From contig CANQWE010000002.1 in NCBI GenBank assembly GCA_947627475.1, forward strand, positions 11,990-75,989: a stretch of 64,000 nt of DNA. Direction: 5' to 3'. Positions 46,674 through 58,030 of the stretch are shown one piece after another (positions within the stretch are counted from its first letter, which is position 1; every line of letters begins with the position of its first letter). A program made the translations under genes and the position numbers. This DNA comes from an uncultured Clostridia bacterium (GTDB lineage: Bacteria; Bacillota; Clostridia; Oscillospirales; CAG-272). The notes below the pieces were generated by a model. The model did not search any database, was not told the DNA's origin, and worked only from the letters and a program-made list of their open reading frames with translations.

Positions 46674-47303
46674 TCAGGAACCGGTCTCTTCCAGAGCCCG
46701 CTGGATTTCTGCATAGGAAAATCCCAGCCGGGACAGGGCTGCGATTCGCTTTTGCTTTTCCTTTTCGTCTGTGCAGGGCGCAGCATATTTTTTCTCCATA
46801 AGCTGCACCAGAGAGGAAAAATACTCCTCATCGCTGAGAGAATTGAGGGCTTCCATCACTGCGTTATGGCAGTACCCCCTGCCCATAAGCTCCGCGGCGA
46901 TCCGTTTCTTGCCCCAGTGCTTGTTCTTACAGTAAAACCGTGCGATCCGCAAGGTCTGCTCTCCCTCCCGGATATACCCCTTTTCGATCATATAATCTGC
47001 TGCCCGTTCACACACAGGCCGATCGAAGTCATATCGCATAAGCCGGTAGATCAGCCGGGTACGGCTGTAATCGGAGTTTGCAAGAAGCCCTTCCGCCCGG
47101 GCGATCGCCTGACAAAACTGGGCTGTGGCGCACAGATGTGCTATGCCCTCTTCATCTACAACGTCACCGGCTTGCAGCCCTTCCTCCAGCCACAGAGAAG
47201 GCTTAAACAGCAATGTCTTTTCCGCCTCATTCCCTTCATCGCAGGACAGCACTACAGAAATGCCTGCCCGGGTTTCATAGATATCCGTAATTTGATATTG
47301 CAT
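46674..47303 (-). CDS. recX: recombination regulator RecX
   Basis: Three-repeat helical pattern (SDYSRTRLIYRL.., GKKRIAAELMGRGY.., RIAALSRLGFSYAEI). Start at MQYQITD. Confidence 0.7.
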   Translation of the reverse strand: MQYQITDIYETRAGISVVLSCDEGNEAEKTLLFKPSLWLEEGLQAGDVVDEEGIAHLCATAQFCQAIARAEGLLANSDYSRTRLIYRLMRYDFDRPVCERAADYMIEKGYIREGEQTLRIARFYCKNKHWGKKRIAAELMGRGYCHNAVMEALNSLSDEEYFSSLVQLMEKKYAAPCTDEKEKQKRIAALSRLGFSYAEIQRALEETGS

Positions 47304-47357
47304 GATCCCTCTCCCATTCTCTCTACCGGTGCAGTGCACCGTATTTCCCTACGTGGA

Positions 47358-48488
47358 TTACAGATTCTTCTTTTGTCCCACTATTTTGCCTTCCCGTACC
47401 TGGAGCATCTGTACGGTATCTGTGCCGAAATGTGCACTCTCACAGGAGGTAACTATGATCTGCCGGTCTGTCAGTGCCTGCAAAATAAAGGATCGGCGCT
47501 GTCCGTCCAGCTCGCTGAGTACATCATCCAATAAAAACACCGGATATTCTCCGCCGATGTCCCGTGCCAGTTCCCCTTCCGCAAGCTTCATAGCCAGCGC
47601 CAGACTGCGCTGCTGCCCTTGGGAGGCATAGGTTCTTGCTTCTTTCTCGTTGAGTCGGATCCCAATGTCGTCCTTGTGGGTGCCGTATAATGTGGCTCCG
47701 TACCGCATTTCCCGTTCAATTGAGTTGGTGAGAGAGGAAAACAGCCGGGCCTCCCCCTCTTTTCGGATCTGTTCCTGATCAGATGTATCTCCTTCCGGGA
47801 TTGCGCCGGACTGATAGGTAAGCCGCGGAGTTTCCCGTCCCTTTGTCATTCCTTCAAAAATCTCCCGCACATGCGTTTCCAGCGCCTGCATGTAAGTGTG
47901 GCGGCGGACTGCTATGTCTGCGCCCAAACGGGACAGCTGCTGTGCATACACCTCCCAGACCGCTGTATCCGTACTGCCGCCGGATTTGATCAGCGCGTTG
48001 CGCTGGATCAAAATCCGGTTATACCGGGAAAGACTGTCCAGGTAACCGGGATATAGCTGAGACAGGGCGATATCCAAAAAATTGCGCCGCAGTGCCGGCC
48101 CGCCGCCCACCAGTGACAGATGCAGGGGACAAAACAGCACTGCGCGAAAGGTGCCGATCAGCTCCCGCACCCCGGACAGCCGCGCACCGCCCCGGCGCAG
48201 AACTTTCTTTCCTGTCTGGGGCAGTTCCGCTTCCAGGGTCACCGGATACTGCGCCCCCTCTTTTTGAAACGTCAGGGAAAGCTGCGCCTGTTTTTCCCCA
48301 AACCGGATCAGCTCTCGCTCCCTGGCTCCCCGAAAGGAACGTCCCCGGGCAAAAAAGTAAATCCCTTCCAAAATATTGGATTTCCCCTGGGCATTGTCCC
48401 CCCAGAGCACGTTGACACCCGGAAAAAAAGAAACGGTCTCCAGGGAAATATTACGGTAATTGCAGAAGGAAATGCTGCTGCAAATCAA
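47358..48488 (-). CDS. recF: DNA replication/repair protein RecF
   Basis: NYRNI.., Walker A GDNAQGKSNILE, SQGQQRSLALAM, and FLLDDVLSELD. Confidence 0.8.
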   Translation of the reverse strand: MICSSISFCNYRNISLETVSFFPGVNVLWGDNAQGKSNILEGIYFFARGRSFRGARERELIRFGEKQAQLSLTFQKEGAQYPVTLEAELPQTGKKVLRRGGARLSGVRELIGTFRAVLFCPLHLSLVGGGPALRRNFLDIALSQLYPGYLDSLSRYNRILIQRNALIKSGGSTDTAVWEVYAQQLSRLGADIAVRRHTYMQALETHVREIFEGMTKGRETPRLTYQSGAIPEGDTSDQEQIRKEGEARLFSSLTNSIEREMRYGATLYGTHKDDIGIRLNEKEARTYASQGQQRSLALAMKLAEGELARDIGGEYPVFLLDDVLSELDGQRRSFILQALTDRQIIVTSCESAHFGTDTVQMLQVREGKIVGQKKNL

Positions 48489-48510
48489 AATTCATCCTCG
48501 CTATGTAATA

Positions 48511-49623
48511 TTATTCTTCGTCCAGCGTCATATCCAAAAGCCGGATGTCCAGTTCTTCCTCGTCCTCCAGATCGGCGCCGGGAAGTTCTTCCTCCTGCTT
48601 TGTACCCAGGGACTTGATCTTCTCCTCGATTTCTGCCAAAAGCCCGGGATTTGCCTCTAAGAACTTACGGGCATTGTCTCTGCCCTGGCCGATGCGTTCC
48701 CCGTTATAGTAGTACCAGGAACCGCTTTTGTCCATTACGCCGGTTTCCACACCCCGGTCTACGATTTCACCTGTTTTGGAAATACCGTGTCCATACAGAA
48801 TATCAAATTCCACCACCTTAAAGGGCGGCGCCACCTTATTTTTGACCACCTTGCATTTTACCCGGTTCCCGATGGGCTCCGATCCGTTTTTCAGCACCTC
48901 TGTCTTACGGATCTCCAGCCGCACGGAAGCATAGAATTTCAGTGCCCGTCCGCCGGTGGTGGTTTCCGGGTTGCCGTATACTACGCCCACCTTCTCACGG
49001 AGCTGGTTGATAAAGATCACAATACAGTTTGTTTTCGCCACGGTTCCCGACAGCTTCCGCAGGGCCTGGGACATCAGCCGCGCCTGGAGGCCCACATGGG
49101 AGGCACCCATATCGCCTTCGATTTCCTGCTGGGGGACCAGGGCTGCCACAGAGTCGATGACTACAATATCCACCGCGCCGGAACGCACCAGGGCCTCGCA
49201 CACCTCCAGCGCCTGCTCGCCGGAGTCCGGCTGCGACACCAAAAGGTTGTCGATGTTTACCCCAAGGGCCTTGGCGTACATAGGATCCAGGGCGTGCTCC
49301 GCATCGATAAACGCAGCTTCTCCGCCCAGCTTCTGCACTTCCGCCACCGCGTGGAGGGCCACGGTGGTTTTACCGGAGGATTCCGGCCCGTAGATCTCGA
49401 TGATTCTTCCTCTGGGGAACCCTCCTACGCCCAAGGCGATGTCCAGCCCCAGAGATCCGCTGGAAACGGCGGACACGTTCATTTTGGGGTTCTCCCCCAT
49501 TTTTATAATTGTGCCCTGTCCGAAGTTTTTTTCGATCTGAGAAATCGCAGTTTCCAAGGCTTTTTTCTTATTTTCCGATGTGGACTCTGCTGCAGGAGCA
49601 GCTGTTTTTTTCTTCTGTGCCAT
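48511..49623 (-). CDS. recA: recombinase RecA
   Basis: GPESSGKTT and full RecA similarity, with an acidic tail. Start at MAQKKK. Confidence 0.95.
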   Translation of the reverse strand: MAQKKKTAAPAAESTSENKKKALETAISQIEKNFGQGTIIKMGENPKMNVSAVSSGSLGLDIALGVGGFPRGRIIEIYGPESSGKTTVALHAVAEVQKLGGEAAFIDAEHALDPMYAKALGVNIDNLLVSQPDSGEQALEVCEALVRSGAVDIVVIDSVAALVPQQEIEGDMGASHVGLQARLMSQALRKLSGTVAKTNCIVIFINQLREKVGVVYGNPETTTGGRALKFYASVRLEIRKTEVLKNGSEPIGNRVKCKVVKNKVAPPFKVVEFDILYGHGISKTGEIVDRGVETGVMDKSGSWYYYNGERIGQGRDNARKFLEANPGLLAEIEEKIKSLGTKQEEELPGADLEDEEELDIRLLDMTLDEE

Positions 49624-49736
49624 TATTACAACCATGCCTTTCCAAATAATCCCGAAAAACCATACCCGCTTACAGCCCGGATCCCTTCGGACCGGCAAAT
49701 GGCAATAGTATGGCAATGTAATCATTTCTACTTCTT

Positions 49737-49765
49737 ATTATATAGCATAGGGAATGTATAGTCAA
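49737..49765 (-). promoter_or_regulatory. recA promoter TTGACT-17-TATAAT
   Basis: The minus-strand boxes are -35 at 49760-49765 and -10 at 49737-49742. Confidence 0.5.
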
Positions 49766-49930
49766 GAAAAACAGGGGTATTTTTTGTTTTTTTACGGTAA
49801 AACAAGAATGGAATCCGCTGCAGTCCAGAGCTTTGCAGTTGTGTTTTCCATGGTAAAAAATTGGTGTAAGGCTCCTCGGGAAAAGAAACGCGCTGTCCCA
49901 GGTCGGATACAAAAAATTCTGCCTGCCCTG

Positions 49931-49959
49931 TTGACAAGGAAATAAATCTGTGCTACAAT
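49931..49959 (+). promoter_or_regulatory. promoter TTGACA-17-TACAAT
   Basis: Consensus boxes upstream of the L-box. Confidence 0.55.
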
Positions 49960-49967
49960 ATTTCTAA

Positions 49968-50130
49968 CACGGTAGAGGTGCATTGTGCCAAGAGTACTGC
50001 AGACGGGATAGGGTCGACCGCCTGTTGTTTGCAGAAAAGGGGCAGATGCCGAAGACAGGCTGCGGTCACGTCTGTTCTGGTTTGGGTGAATAAGATCATC
50101 CCGACTGTCGCTTTTGCGGAGAGCTATCTG
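49968..50130 (+). promoter_or_regulatory. lysine (L-box) riboswitch
   Basis: ggtagaggtgc start, ..gccgaag.., and ..ccgactgtcg..ggagagcta end match L-box conserved segments. dapA-dapB-lysA follow. Confidence 0.8.
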
Positions 50131-50164
50131 ATTTCGAATTTCGATAGGAATATTAGCTTTTTTG

Positions 50165-50198
50165 CAGAGTCGGCCCGTGTGTCGGCTTTTTTATTTTG
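50165..50198 (+). terminator. probable L-box expression-platform terminator
   Basis: gucggc/gucggc stem (with G-U pairs) followed by ttttttatttt. Confidence 0.4.
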
Positions 50199-50231
50199 TA
50201 TTAGCAAATTGCAGAAAGGTTTGTGAATTCT

Positions 50232-51119
50232 ATGAAAAAAACGATTTTTAAGGGGATCGCTACTGCCTTGATCACCCCCTTCAACCAGGATGGGATCGAC
50301 TACGAACAGTTTGGCCGAATCATCGACTGGCAAATCGCGTCCGGCATCAACGCCTTGGTGATCTGCGGCACCACCGGCGAAGCCTCCACCCTCACCGACG
50401 ATGAACACCGGGACGCCATTGCTTTTGCGGTAAAACGGGCAGGAGGCAAAGTGCCGATCATTGCAGGAACCGGCTCCAATGACACCGGATATGCAAAAGA
50501 CCTGACCCGCTGCGCCTGTCAGGCTGGGGCAGACGCGGTACTGGTAGTAACACCCTACTATAATAAAGCCACCCAAAAGGGCCTCGTAAAAATGTTCACC
50601 GACATTGCGGACATGAGCGACGCGCCGGTGATCCTATACAACGTCCCCTCCCGTACCGGGGTGAATATCGAGCCGGACACCTACCGGATTCTGGCGGATC
50701 ACGAAAATATCTGCGGCATTAAAGAGGCCAACGGCAATCTGTCCAAAATCGTAGAAACCATGTCTTACGTTTCCGGCAAGCTGGATCTGTACTCCGGAAA
50801 TGACGACCAGATCGTGCCCCTAATGTCTGTAGGCGGCATCGGCGCGATCTCTGTTCTTTCCAATGTGCTTCCAAGGGAAACCTGCCAAATTACAGAAAAA
50901 TTCTTTGCCGGGGATATTCACGGTGCAGCAATGCTTCAGTATCAGTATCACGCGCTTATCAGCGCCCTGTTCTCCGAAGTAAATCCCATTCCGGTAAAGG
51001 CCGCTATGGCTGCCATGGGCTTTTGTGAAAATACTCTGCGCCTGCCCCTAACGCCTATGGATGAGGAAAAACAGGCAAAAATGCTTCAGATTATGCGCGG
51101 CCACGGACTCATCTCATAA
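50232..51119 (+). CDS. dapA: 4-hydroxy-tetrahydrodipicolinate synthase
   Basis: ALITPF..GTTGEASTL. Start could be ATG 50232 or GTG 50223. Confidence 0.9.
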   Translation: MKKTIFKGIATALITPFNQDGIDYEQFGRIIDWQIASGINALVICGTTGEASTLTDDEHRDAIAFAVKRAGGKVPIIAGTGSNDTGYAKDLTRCACQAGADAVLVVTPYYNKATQKGLVKMFTDIADMSDAPVILYNVPSRTGVNIEPDTYRILADHENICGIKEANGNLSKIVETMSYVSGKLDLYSGNDDQIVPLMSVGGIGAISVLSNVLPRETCQITEKFFAGDIHGAAMLQYQYHALISALFSEVNPIPVKAAMAAMGFCENTLRLPLTPMDEEKQAKMLQIMRGHGLIS

Positions 51120-51140
51120 AGCAAAGGAATACGATCATCT

Positions 51141-51884
51141 ATGATAAAAATCATTTTAAACGGCGCTGGCGGCCGCATGGGTGCGGCCGTACGGGAACAG
51201 GTTGCCGGAAATATAAACGATGCTGTACTGGCAGCGGAAATCGACAAATTTGCAGAAGGCTTCACTATGCAAAGCATTGCCGAATATAAGGGAGAAGCCG
51301 ATGTGATCATCGACTTCTCCCACCACAGCGCAGTACGGGAGCTGATTTCCTATGCGGTAGGCAGGACGATCCCCCTGGTTCTGTCCACTACAGGCCACAC
51401 GGAAGATGAAAAGGCGCTGATTTACGAGGCGGCAAAGTCTGTGCCGATCTTTTATTCGGCCAATATGTCTCTGGGCATCGCTGTCCTGACAGATTTTGCC
51501 CGGCGGGCTGCGGCACTCTTTCCCGGTGCAGATATAGAAATCGTAGAAATCCATCACAATCGAAAGCTGGATGCCCCCAGCGGCACTGCGGAAATGATCG
51601 CCGAAGAACTGAAAACGGTACGACAGGACGCCACCTTCGTATATGGGCGTCACGGCATGGGTAAGCGGGCGCCGGAAGAAATCGGTATCCATGCCCTGCG
51701 CATGGGAAACGAAGCTGGCACCCATCAGGTGATCCTGTCCACAGACCATCAGACAATTCGTCTGGAGCATAAGGCGGAATCCAGGGCCGTCTTTGCAGAA
51801 GGGGCATTGTCTGCGGCAAAATTTCTGGTAGGAAAGCCTGCGGGTCTGTACGATATGAAAAGCATGGTCAGCTTATCTGTGTAA
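51141..51884 (+). CDS. dapB: 4-hydroxy-tetrahydrodipicolinate reductase
   Basis: EIVEIHHNRKLDAPSGTA. Confidence 0.9.
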   Translation: MIKIILNGAGGRMGAAVREQVAGNINDAVLAAEIDKFAEGFTMQSIAEYKGEADVIIDFSHHSAVRELISYAVGRTIPLVLSTTGHTEDEKALIYEAAKSVPIFYSANMSLGIAVLTDFARRAAALFPGADIEIVEIHHNRKLDAPSGTAEMIAEELKTVRQDATFVYGRHGMGKRAPEEIGIHALRMGNEAGTHQVILSTDHQTIRLEHKAESRAVFAEGALSAAKFLVGKPAGLYDMKSMVSLSV

Positions 51885-51921
51885 TCGTCGTAATCGTTAA
51901 AAAGGAAAAAGGACAAATTGT

Positions 51922-53217
51922 ATGCTGCATAAAAATTTATCTGTCAACGAAGCAGGGCACTTGGCCCTTGCCGGAATGGACACAGTAGAGCTTGCAAAAA
52001 AATACGGCACGCCGCTGTATCTCATGGATGAAAACCGCATCCGGGAAAACTGCAAAATATATATCGATGCCATGCGCAAATATATGGGAGAAGGTTCCCG
52101 GCCGATTTTTGCCAGCAAAGCCTGCTGCTTTAAACGGATGTATGCTATTATAGCCGAAATGGGTATGGGTACGGATATCGTATCCCCCGGAGAACTATAT
52201 ACGGCAAACGCGGCGGGTTTCCCTATGGAGGAGGCGTTTTTCCATGGGAACAACAAGACGGACGCGGATATAGAATATGCCATGAATGTTGGAATCGGCC
52301 ATTTTATCGTGGACAATCAGGAAGAGCTGGATGCAGTAAACGCCTGCGCCCTGCGGCGGGGTTTGCGGCAGAAGATCCTGCTGCGGCTCACCCCTGGTAT
52401 CGACCCTCACACCCAGAAAAAAATTTCCACCGGAAAGGTGGATTCCAAATTCGGTACCGCAATTGAAACAGGACAAGCGCTGGAACTGTGCAAATATGCT
52501 CTTAGCCTGCCTGGAATAGAGCTGGAAGGATTTCACTGTCACATCGGATCCCAAATTTTCGATTACTACCCCTTCCGGGACGCTGCAGAAATTATGCTGC
52601 GGTTCATCCGTACCCTGCTGGATGCATGCGGCCATGAAATTCGGACCTTGAATCTGGGCGGCGGATTTGGCGTACGCTATGTGGAAAACGACCCGGTAGT
52701 CGATTACGAAGCCAATATTCGGGGGCTTGCAGAGGAAATTCGGCGGATTTGCGCCGAGCTTTCCATCCGGCAGCCGGATATTCTCATGGAACCGGGACGA
52801 AGCATTGTGGCGGACAGCGGCATGACCCTGTATACTGTGGGCAGTGTAAAAACCATCACCGGATATAAAAGCTACGTATCCGTAGACGGAGGCATGACCG
52901 ACAACATCCGGTATGCTCTGTACGAATCAGATTACACTGCGCTGCTGGCCAACCGGCCGAAGGATCCGGCAGATTTCTGCGCCACCATAGCGGGCCGCTG
53001 CTGCGAAAGCGGCGACATCATCCAAGAGGATGTGATGCTGCCCCGGCCTGTGCGGGGAGACACACTGGCCGTGCTGGTAACAGGCGCGTATAATTACGCT
53101 ATGGCATCCAATTACAACCGGATTCCCCGGCCGCCTGTAGTAATGATTCGGGATGGAGACGATTACATCGCGGTCCGCAAAGAATCCTATGAGGATTTAT
53201 GTCGGAATGATATGTAA
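51922..53217 (+). CDS. lysA: diaminopimelate decarboxylase
   Basis: PLP-dependent Orn/DAP decarboxylase similarity (FASKAC, HCHIGSQ, EPGRSIV, CESGD). Confidence 0.9.
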   Translation: MLHKNLSVNEAGHLALAGMDTVELAKKYGTPLYLMDENRIRENCKIYIDAMRKYMGEGSRPIFASKACCFKRMYAIIAEMGMGTDIVSPGELYTANAAGFPMEEAFFHGNNKTDADIEYAMNVGIGHFIVDNQEELDAVNACALRRGLRQKILLRLTPGIDPHTQKKISTGKVDSKFGTAIETGQALELCKYALSLPGIELEGFHCHIGSQIFDYYPFRDAAEIMLRFIRTLLDACGHEIRTLNLGGGFGVRYVENDPVVDYEANIRGLAEEIRRICAELSIRQPDILMEPGRSIVADSGMTLYTVGSVKTITGYKSYVSVDGGMTDNIRYALYESDYTALLANRPKDPADFCATIAGRCCESGDIIQEDVMLPRPVRGDTLAVLVTGAYNYAMASNYNRIPRPPVVMIRDGDDYIAVRKESYEDLCRNDM

Positions 53218-53242
53218 AAAGAGGGGCAATGCCCCTCTTTTT
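53216..53242 (+). terminator. rho-independent terminator
   Basis: aaaaagaggggc/gcccctcttttt. Confidence 0.75.
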
Positions 53243-53274
53243 ACATATCACAAATTGAAAGCAAATATTCATAT

Positions 53275-53305
53275 AAAACAAGCCCCCTTTGTGGGGGCTT
53301 GTTTT
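53275..53305 (-). terminator. terminator of the dnaK-prmA operon
   Basis: aaaacaagccccc/gggggcttgtttt. Confidence 0.7.
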
Positions 53306-53358
53306 ATATGGAAAAATATGTAGGGGTAGTTTTTGTGCCGAATGCATCTTTTTCTCCG

Positions 53359-54282
53359 TCAGCTTTGCTGCAGTGCGCCTGCAAACCAGCCGTTTTCCCT
53401 GCGCTGGTCGATCAAGTTCCATCCGGCTGCTTCCAGAGCAGACACCGTCTCCGATGCCCGCTGTGTAATGATACCGGATACGATTAGCACTCCGTCCCTT
53501 GCCATAAAGTGTCCGATATCCGGCGCCATACGGATGATCACATCCGCCACAATGTTGGCGCAGCAAACTTTGTACCCCCCTGGCACCGTCTTCGCCTGGG
53601 CCAGCAGATCGGATACCCCTGTTTCTACCTGGGCTGTTTGATTGAGCACGGCATTTTCTCCGGCAATCCGTACCGCTACCGGGTCGATGTCGCAGGCATA
53701 GCAATGTCCTGCCCCCAGCTTTGCGGCGCAGATCGCCAAAATTCCACTGCCGCAGCCTACATCCAGCATTGTATCTCCGGGATGCACGTACTGCTCCAGC
53801 AGCATGGCGCACAGCCGGGTTGTTTCGTGGGTACCCGTTCCAAAGGCCATACCCGGGTCCATCAGCACGACGATTTCCCCGTCCGCCGCATCATACTTTT
53901 CCCACTTCGGCACGATCACCAACCGTTCGCCTGTTTTAATGGGTTTGTAATACTGCTTCCAGGAGTTGGCCCAATCTTCCTCGTGCACACCGATGCACTC
54001 TATATCTGCTGGAATCTTCAATGCCTCCAACCGCTCCCGGATAAAGCCCTCTGATTCCGCAGGGCTTTTCTCCGCCGGAATGAACACAGAAACAGACGCC
54101 ACCGTCCGGTCCCGCTCCAGCAGCTCCTGATCAATCAAATCTCCATATACTCCATCCAGCTCCTGCTCCACATCGGAGTAGTCCTCCACCATAAGGGAGT
54201 TGTCGACCATGCTCATCACTGCGCACAAGTCGTTTAAGTACTGCTGCGCTGCCGTTACCTTGATCTGAATCCAGCTGTCCAT
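53359..54282 (-). CDS. prmA: ribosomal protein L11 methyltransferase
   Basis: DPGMAFGTGTHETT and DVGCGSGIL. Confidence 0.9.
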   Translation of the reverse strand: MDSWIQIKVTAAQQYLNDLCAVMSMVDNSLMVEDYSDVEQELDGVYGDLIDQELLERDRTVASVSVFIPAEKSPAESEGFIRERLEALKIPADIECIGVHEEDWANSWKQYYKPIKTGERLVIVPKWEKYDAADGEIVVLMDPGMAFGTGTHETTRLCAMLLEQYVHPGDTMLDVGCGSGILAICAAKLGAGHCYACDIDPVAVRIAGENAVLNQTAQVETGVSDLLAQAKTVPGGYKVCCANIVADVIIRMAPDIGHFMARDGVLIVSGIITQRASETVSALEAAGWNLIDQRRENGWFAGALQQS

Positions 54283-55409
54283 TACGAGTCCTTTCTAAAG
54301 AACTTTTTCATAAACTTTTCTTTTTTGGAATGGTTGCCGCTGCCGCAGGAATCGCTGAACGCACGCAGCAAATCCTTCTGCTTGGCGCTTAGTCCCTTTG
54401 GAACCTCCACCACTACGGTAATATACATGTTCCCGCGGGTTTTAGCGTTGACCACCTGTACCCCTTTGTTTTTGAGCGTAAAGGTAGTCCCTGTTTGGGT
54501 TCCCTCCGGAATGCGCAGTGCCTCGTTTCCATCAATGGTGGGCACCTGCAGCTCAGCACCCAGGGCAGCATCCGCAAAGGTTATGGGGACATCGCAGTAT
54601 ATATCATAGCCGTCCCGTTCAAAGAATGCATGGGGACGCACACTGACGGAAATCGTAAGATCCCCTGCAGGACCACCGTTTCTGCCGTCGCTCCCCTCGC
54701 CCCGCAGAGCGATGCCCTGTCCGTCATCGATTCCCGCAGGAATGGACACCTCTAACTTTTTGGTAGCCCGTACATATCCGCCGCCCCGACAGTTTTTACA
54801 GGGTGTTTCTATAATTTTTCCGCTGCCCCGGCACCGGTCACAGGTTTTGGTAGTCTGCATCACACCAAAAGGCGTGCGCTGCTGAGCATTCACCTGACCC
54901 CGGCCGCCGCACTCCGGACACTGCTTGGGACTGGTACCCTTGGCGGCACCGCTGCCGCCGCACTCCGGACATTTTTGGATCCGCTGATACTGGACCTCTT
55001 TTTTGCAGCCGAAAACTGCCTCTTCAAAGGTAAGCGTCACCCGCAGGCGCACATCGTCTCCCCGGATTGGGCCGTTGGATCTGCGGGAGGACCCTCCGCC
55101 GAAAAAGCTGGAAAATATATCGGATATATCAAAGCCGTCAAAGCCAAAGCCCCCGCCCCCGCCAAATCCACCGGACGCAGGATCAAAAGCCGCATGGCCA
55201 TACTGATCGTATTTTGCTTTTTTATCCGGGTCTGAAAGAACATCATACGCTTCGTTGACTTCCTTGAATTTTCCCTCAGCCACCTTGTCCCCGGGATTCA
55301 TATCCGGGTGATACTGCTTTGCCAGCTTCCGATAGGCTTTTTTTATCTCGTCCTCGGAAGCCCCCTTTGCAAGGCCCAGCACTTCATAATAATCGCGTTT
55401 ATCTGCCAT
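54282..55409 (-). CDS. dnaJ: chaperone DnaJ
   Basis: J domain with HPD, a G/F region, and four CxxCxGxG motifs. Confidence 0.95.
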   Translation of the reverse strand: MADKRDYYEVLGLAKGASEDEIKKAYRKLAKQYHPDMNPGDKVAEGKFKEVNEAYDVLSDPDKKAKYDQYGHAAFDPASGGFGGGGGFGFDGFDISDIFSSFFGGGSSRRSNGPIRGDDVRLRVTLTFEEAVFGCKKEVQYQRIQKCPECGGSGAAKGTSPKQCPECGGRGQVNAQQRTPFGVMQTTKTCDRCRGSGKIIETPCKNCRGGGYVRATKKLEVSIPAGIDDGQGIALRGEGSDGRNGGPAGDLTISVSVRPHAFFERDGYDIYCDVPITFADAALGAELQVPTIDGNEALRIPEGTQTGTTFTLKNKGVQVVNAKTRGNMYITVVVEVPKGLSAKQKDLLRAFSDSCGSGNHSKKEKFMKKFFRKDS

Positions 55410-55491
55410 GTACTGTCTATCCTTCCCGGTCAGCGGGAAACAGCCGGGGCAAATTTTGCCCCGGCATTTCAGCTGACTTTTTTATGCAATC

Positions 55492-57360
55492 TTACTGGTT
55501 TGTGTCGCTCTTATCTTCGTAATCCGCGCTGTAGAAGGTGCCGTCTCCGCCCTCTCCGGCAGCGCCTGCACCAGCGCCGGGATCTGCTGTAAAGCCTGCT
55601 CCGGCGCCTGCATCCGCGCCGGCACCACTCTGCTGGTACAGCTTCTCGCTGATCTTATAGAAGGATTTTTCCAAGGCTTCCATATCCGCCTTGATGGCTT
55701 CCGTATCGCCGCCTGCAATGGTAGCGCGGAGCTTTTCCACAGCGGACTGTACCTCGGCCTTTTCTCCAGCGTCGATTTTATCGCCCAGCTCGCCCAAGGT
55801 CTTTTCGCACTGGAACGCCAGAGACTCTGCCCGGTTTTTGATTTCAATGGATTCCTTCTGCTTCTTATCTTCCGCGGCAAACTTCTCCGCTTCCTTCACT
55901 GCCTTGTCGATCTCATCCTGGGACATGTTGGTGGAAGAAGTGATGGTAATGTGCTGCTCCTTGCCGGTGCCTTTGTCCTTTGCAGACACATTCACGATGC
56001 CGTTTGCATCAATGTCAAAGGTAACCTCGATCTGCGGCACGCCTCTGGGCGCAGGGGCGATTCCGTCCAGAGAGAACCGGCCCAGCGTGGTGTTTCCTGC
56101 TGCCATTTCCCGCTCGCCCTGGAGCACATGGATCTCCACAGAGGTCTGTCCGTCCGCGGCAGTAGAATAAACCTGACTCTTTTTTACCGGGATAGTGGTG
56201 TTGCGGTCGATGATCCGGTTGAACACGCCGCCCAGGGTTTCAATACCAAGAGATAGCGGCGTTACATCCAGCAGCAGCAGATCCTTTACGTCCCCGCCCA
56301 GAACGCCGCCCTGGATGGCTGCGCCGATTGCAACGCATTCGTCCGGGTTGATGCCCTTGAAGGGTTCCTTGCCTGTATAGTTTTTGATGGCTTCCTGTAC
56401 TGCAGGAATACGGGTTGAACCGCCCACCAGCAGTACCTTGTCGATCTGAGAAGCGGAAAGGCCCGCGTCAGCAAGCGCCTGTTTTGTCGGATCGATGGTT
56501 TTCTGTACCAGATCGGCAGTCAGCTCGTTGAATTTTGCCCGGGTAAGGGTTGCGTCAAAGTGCTTGGGGCCGGTGGCGTCTGCCGTGATAAAAGGCAAAT
56601 TGATGTTGGAGCTTGCCACGCCGGACAACTCGATTTTTGCCTTTTCAGCTGCTTCCTTCAGTCTCTGCAGGGCCATTTTGTCTTCCCGCAGATCGATGCC
56701 GTTTTCCTGCTTGAAGGTATCTGCAATCCAATCGATGATCCGCTGGTCAAAGTCGTCGCCACCCAGCTTGTTGTTGCCGGCGGTAGCCAGCACTTCAAAC
56801 ACGCCGTCGTCGCTGATTTCCAGAATGGAAACGTCAAAGGTACCGCCGCCCAGGTCGTAGATCATAACCTTCTGATCCTTATCCTGGTCTGCACCGTAGG
56901 CCAGCGCTGCAGCGGTAGGCTCGTTAATGATACGGAGCACCTCCAGGCCGGCGATCTTGCCCGCATCCTTGGTTGCCTGCCGCTGTGCGTCCGAGAAGTA
57001 CGCGGGAACGGTGATCACCGCCTGGCTTACCGGCTGACCCAGATATGCCTCCGCGTCTGCTTTCAGCTTCTGAAGAATCATTGCAGAAATTTCCTGGGGA
57101 GTGTAGGTTTTATCGTCAATTGTGACTTTTTTGTTCGTACCCATGTCGCGCTTGATACTCATAACCGTTCTGTCCGGGTTGGTGATGCTCTGACGCTTTG
57201 CCACCTGTCCCACCATTCTTTCTCCTGTTTTGGAGAAGGCCACTACAGACGGTGTGGTCCGTGCTCCTTCCGGGTTGGGGATCACGCTGGGTTCTCCTCC
57301 CTCAAATACTGCCACACAAGAGTTTGTGGTTCCCAAATCTATACCGATAATTTTTGCCAT
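55492..57360 (-). CDS. dnaK: chaperone DnaK
   Basis: [10 protein letters not shown] and full Hsp70 similarity. Confidence 0.95.
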   Translation of the reverse strand: MAKIIGIDLGTTNSCVAVFEGGEPSVIPNPEGARTTPSVVAFSKTGERMVGQVAKRQSITNPDRTVMSIKRDMGTNKKVTIDDKTYTPQEISAMILQKLKADAEAYLGQPVSQAVITVPAYFSDAQRQATKDAGKIAGLEVLRIINEPTAAALAYGADQDKDQKVMIYDLGGGTFDVSILEISDDGVFEVLATAGNNKLGGDDFDQRIIDWIADTFKQENGIDLREDKMALQRLKEAAEKAKIELSGVASSNINLPFITADATGPKHFDATLTRAKFNELTADLVQKTIDPTKQALADAGLSASQIDKVLLVGGSTRIPAVQEAIKNYTGKEPFKGINPDECVAIGAAIQGGVLGGDVKDLLLLDVTPLSLGIETLGGVFNRIIDRNTTIPVKKSQVYSTAADGQTSVEIHVLQGEREMAAGNTTLGRFSLDGIAPAPRGVPQIEVTFDIDANGIVNVSAKDKGTGKEQHITITSSTNMSQDEIDKAVKEAEKFAAEDKKQKESIEIKNRAESLAFQCEKTLGELGDKIDAGEKAEVQSAVEKLRATIAGGDTEAIKADMEALEKSFYKISEKLYQQSGAGADAGAGAGFTADPGAGAGAAGEGGDGTFYSADYEDKSDTNQ

Positions 57361-57430
57361 TGTTCTGTCCTCCGTTTATTCTGAATTAAAGTGCATTAAG
57401 TTTATTTATGATTCTCTATATCATATAAAT

Positions 57431-58018
57431 TTAGTTGGCTACCTTTACCATAGCGTATCGGATAATCCGATCTCCGATGCTGTATCCCTGCTGGAACACT
57501 TCTACAATTTCACTTTCCCCATGCGCTTCATCCTCCACATGCATCACTGCGTTGTGTAGATTGGGATCAAATGTTTCGCCCGGAGCACCGAAAGATGTGA
57601 TCTTCATCTTCTCAAATACCGCCGGCAGGGATCCAAGGATCATGGCAAGCCCCTCGGCCACTTTGTCCGGAGCTGTATATTCAGTAGCCCGCTGAAGATT
57701 GTCGATCACCGGCAGCAGTTCCTTGATACAGTCTGCCGCAGCGTCAGTATAGATTCCTTCCCGCTCCTTCACGCTTCTCTTTCGGAAGTTATCATACTCC
57801 GCCGCAAGCCGCAGGTATTTATCCTCTGCAGCCGCGGCCGCGTCCTTTGCAGTCTGCAGCTCCTTTTCCAGCTTTTCTACTGCTGCGCGCAGCTTCTTTC
57901 CCTCTTTATCTGCAGCCTTTTTTTCTTTTTTCTCTGATTTGTCCGGCACCGGCGCCTTTTCCTGCTCCTGTGTCTTTTGCGGCTGCGTCTCTTTCAAAGT
58001 CTCCATTTCCTGTTCCAT
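57431..58018 (-). CDS. grpE: nucleotide exchange factor GrpE
   Basis: RLAAEYDNFRKR..FDPNLHNAV. Confidence 0.9.
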   Translation of the reverse strand: MEQEMETLKETQPQKTQEQEKAPVPDKSEKKEKKAADKEGKKLRAAVEKLEKELQTAKDAAAAAEDKYLRLAAEYDNFRKRSVKEREGIYTDAAADCIKELLPVIDNLQRATEYTAPDKVAEGLAMILGSLPAVFEKMKITSFGAPGETFDPNLHNAVMHVEDEAHGESEIVEVFQQGYSIGDRIIRYAMVKVAN

Positions 58019-58030
58019 TGTATACCCCCT

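Noticed and set aside
46203-47534. Long antisense ORFs, for example 46203-47534(+), 48787-49761(+), 41081-42190(+), 35677-36618(+), 17864-18649(-), 20383-21246(-), 13541-14389(-) and 15441-16319(-)
   Set aside because: Each lies opposite a confidently identified gene. They have Arg/Gly/His/Cys-rich composition typical of shadow frames in GC-rich DNA and no recognisable motifs.
49624-49760. LexA (Cheo/GAAC-N4-GTTC) box in the recA leader
   Set aside because: I searched the leader and promoter region by eye and found no such palindrome, so no SOS-box feature is reported.
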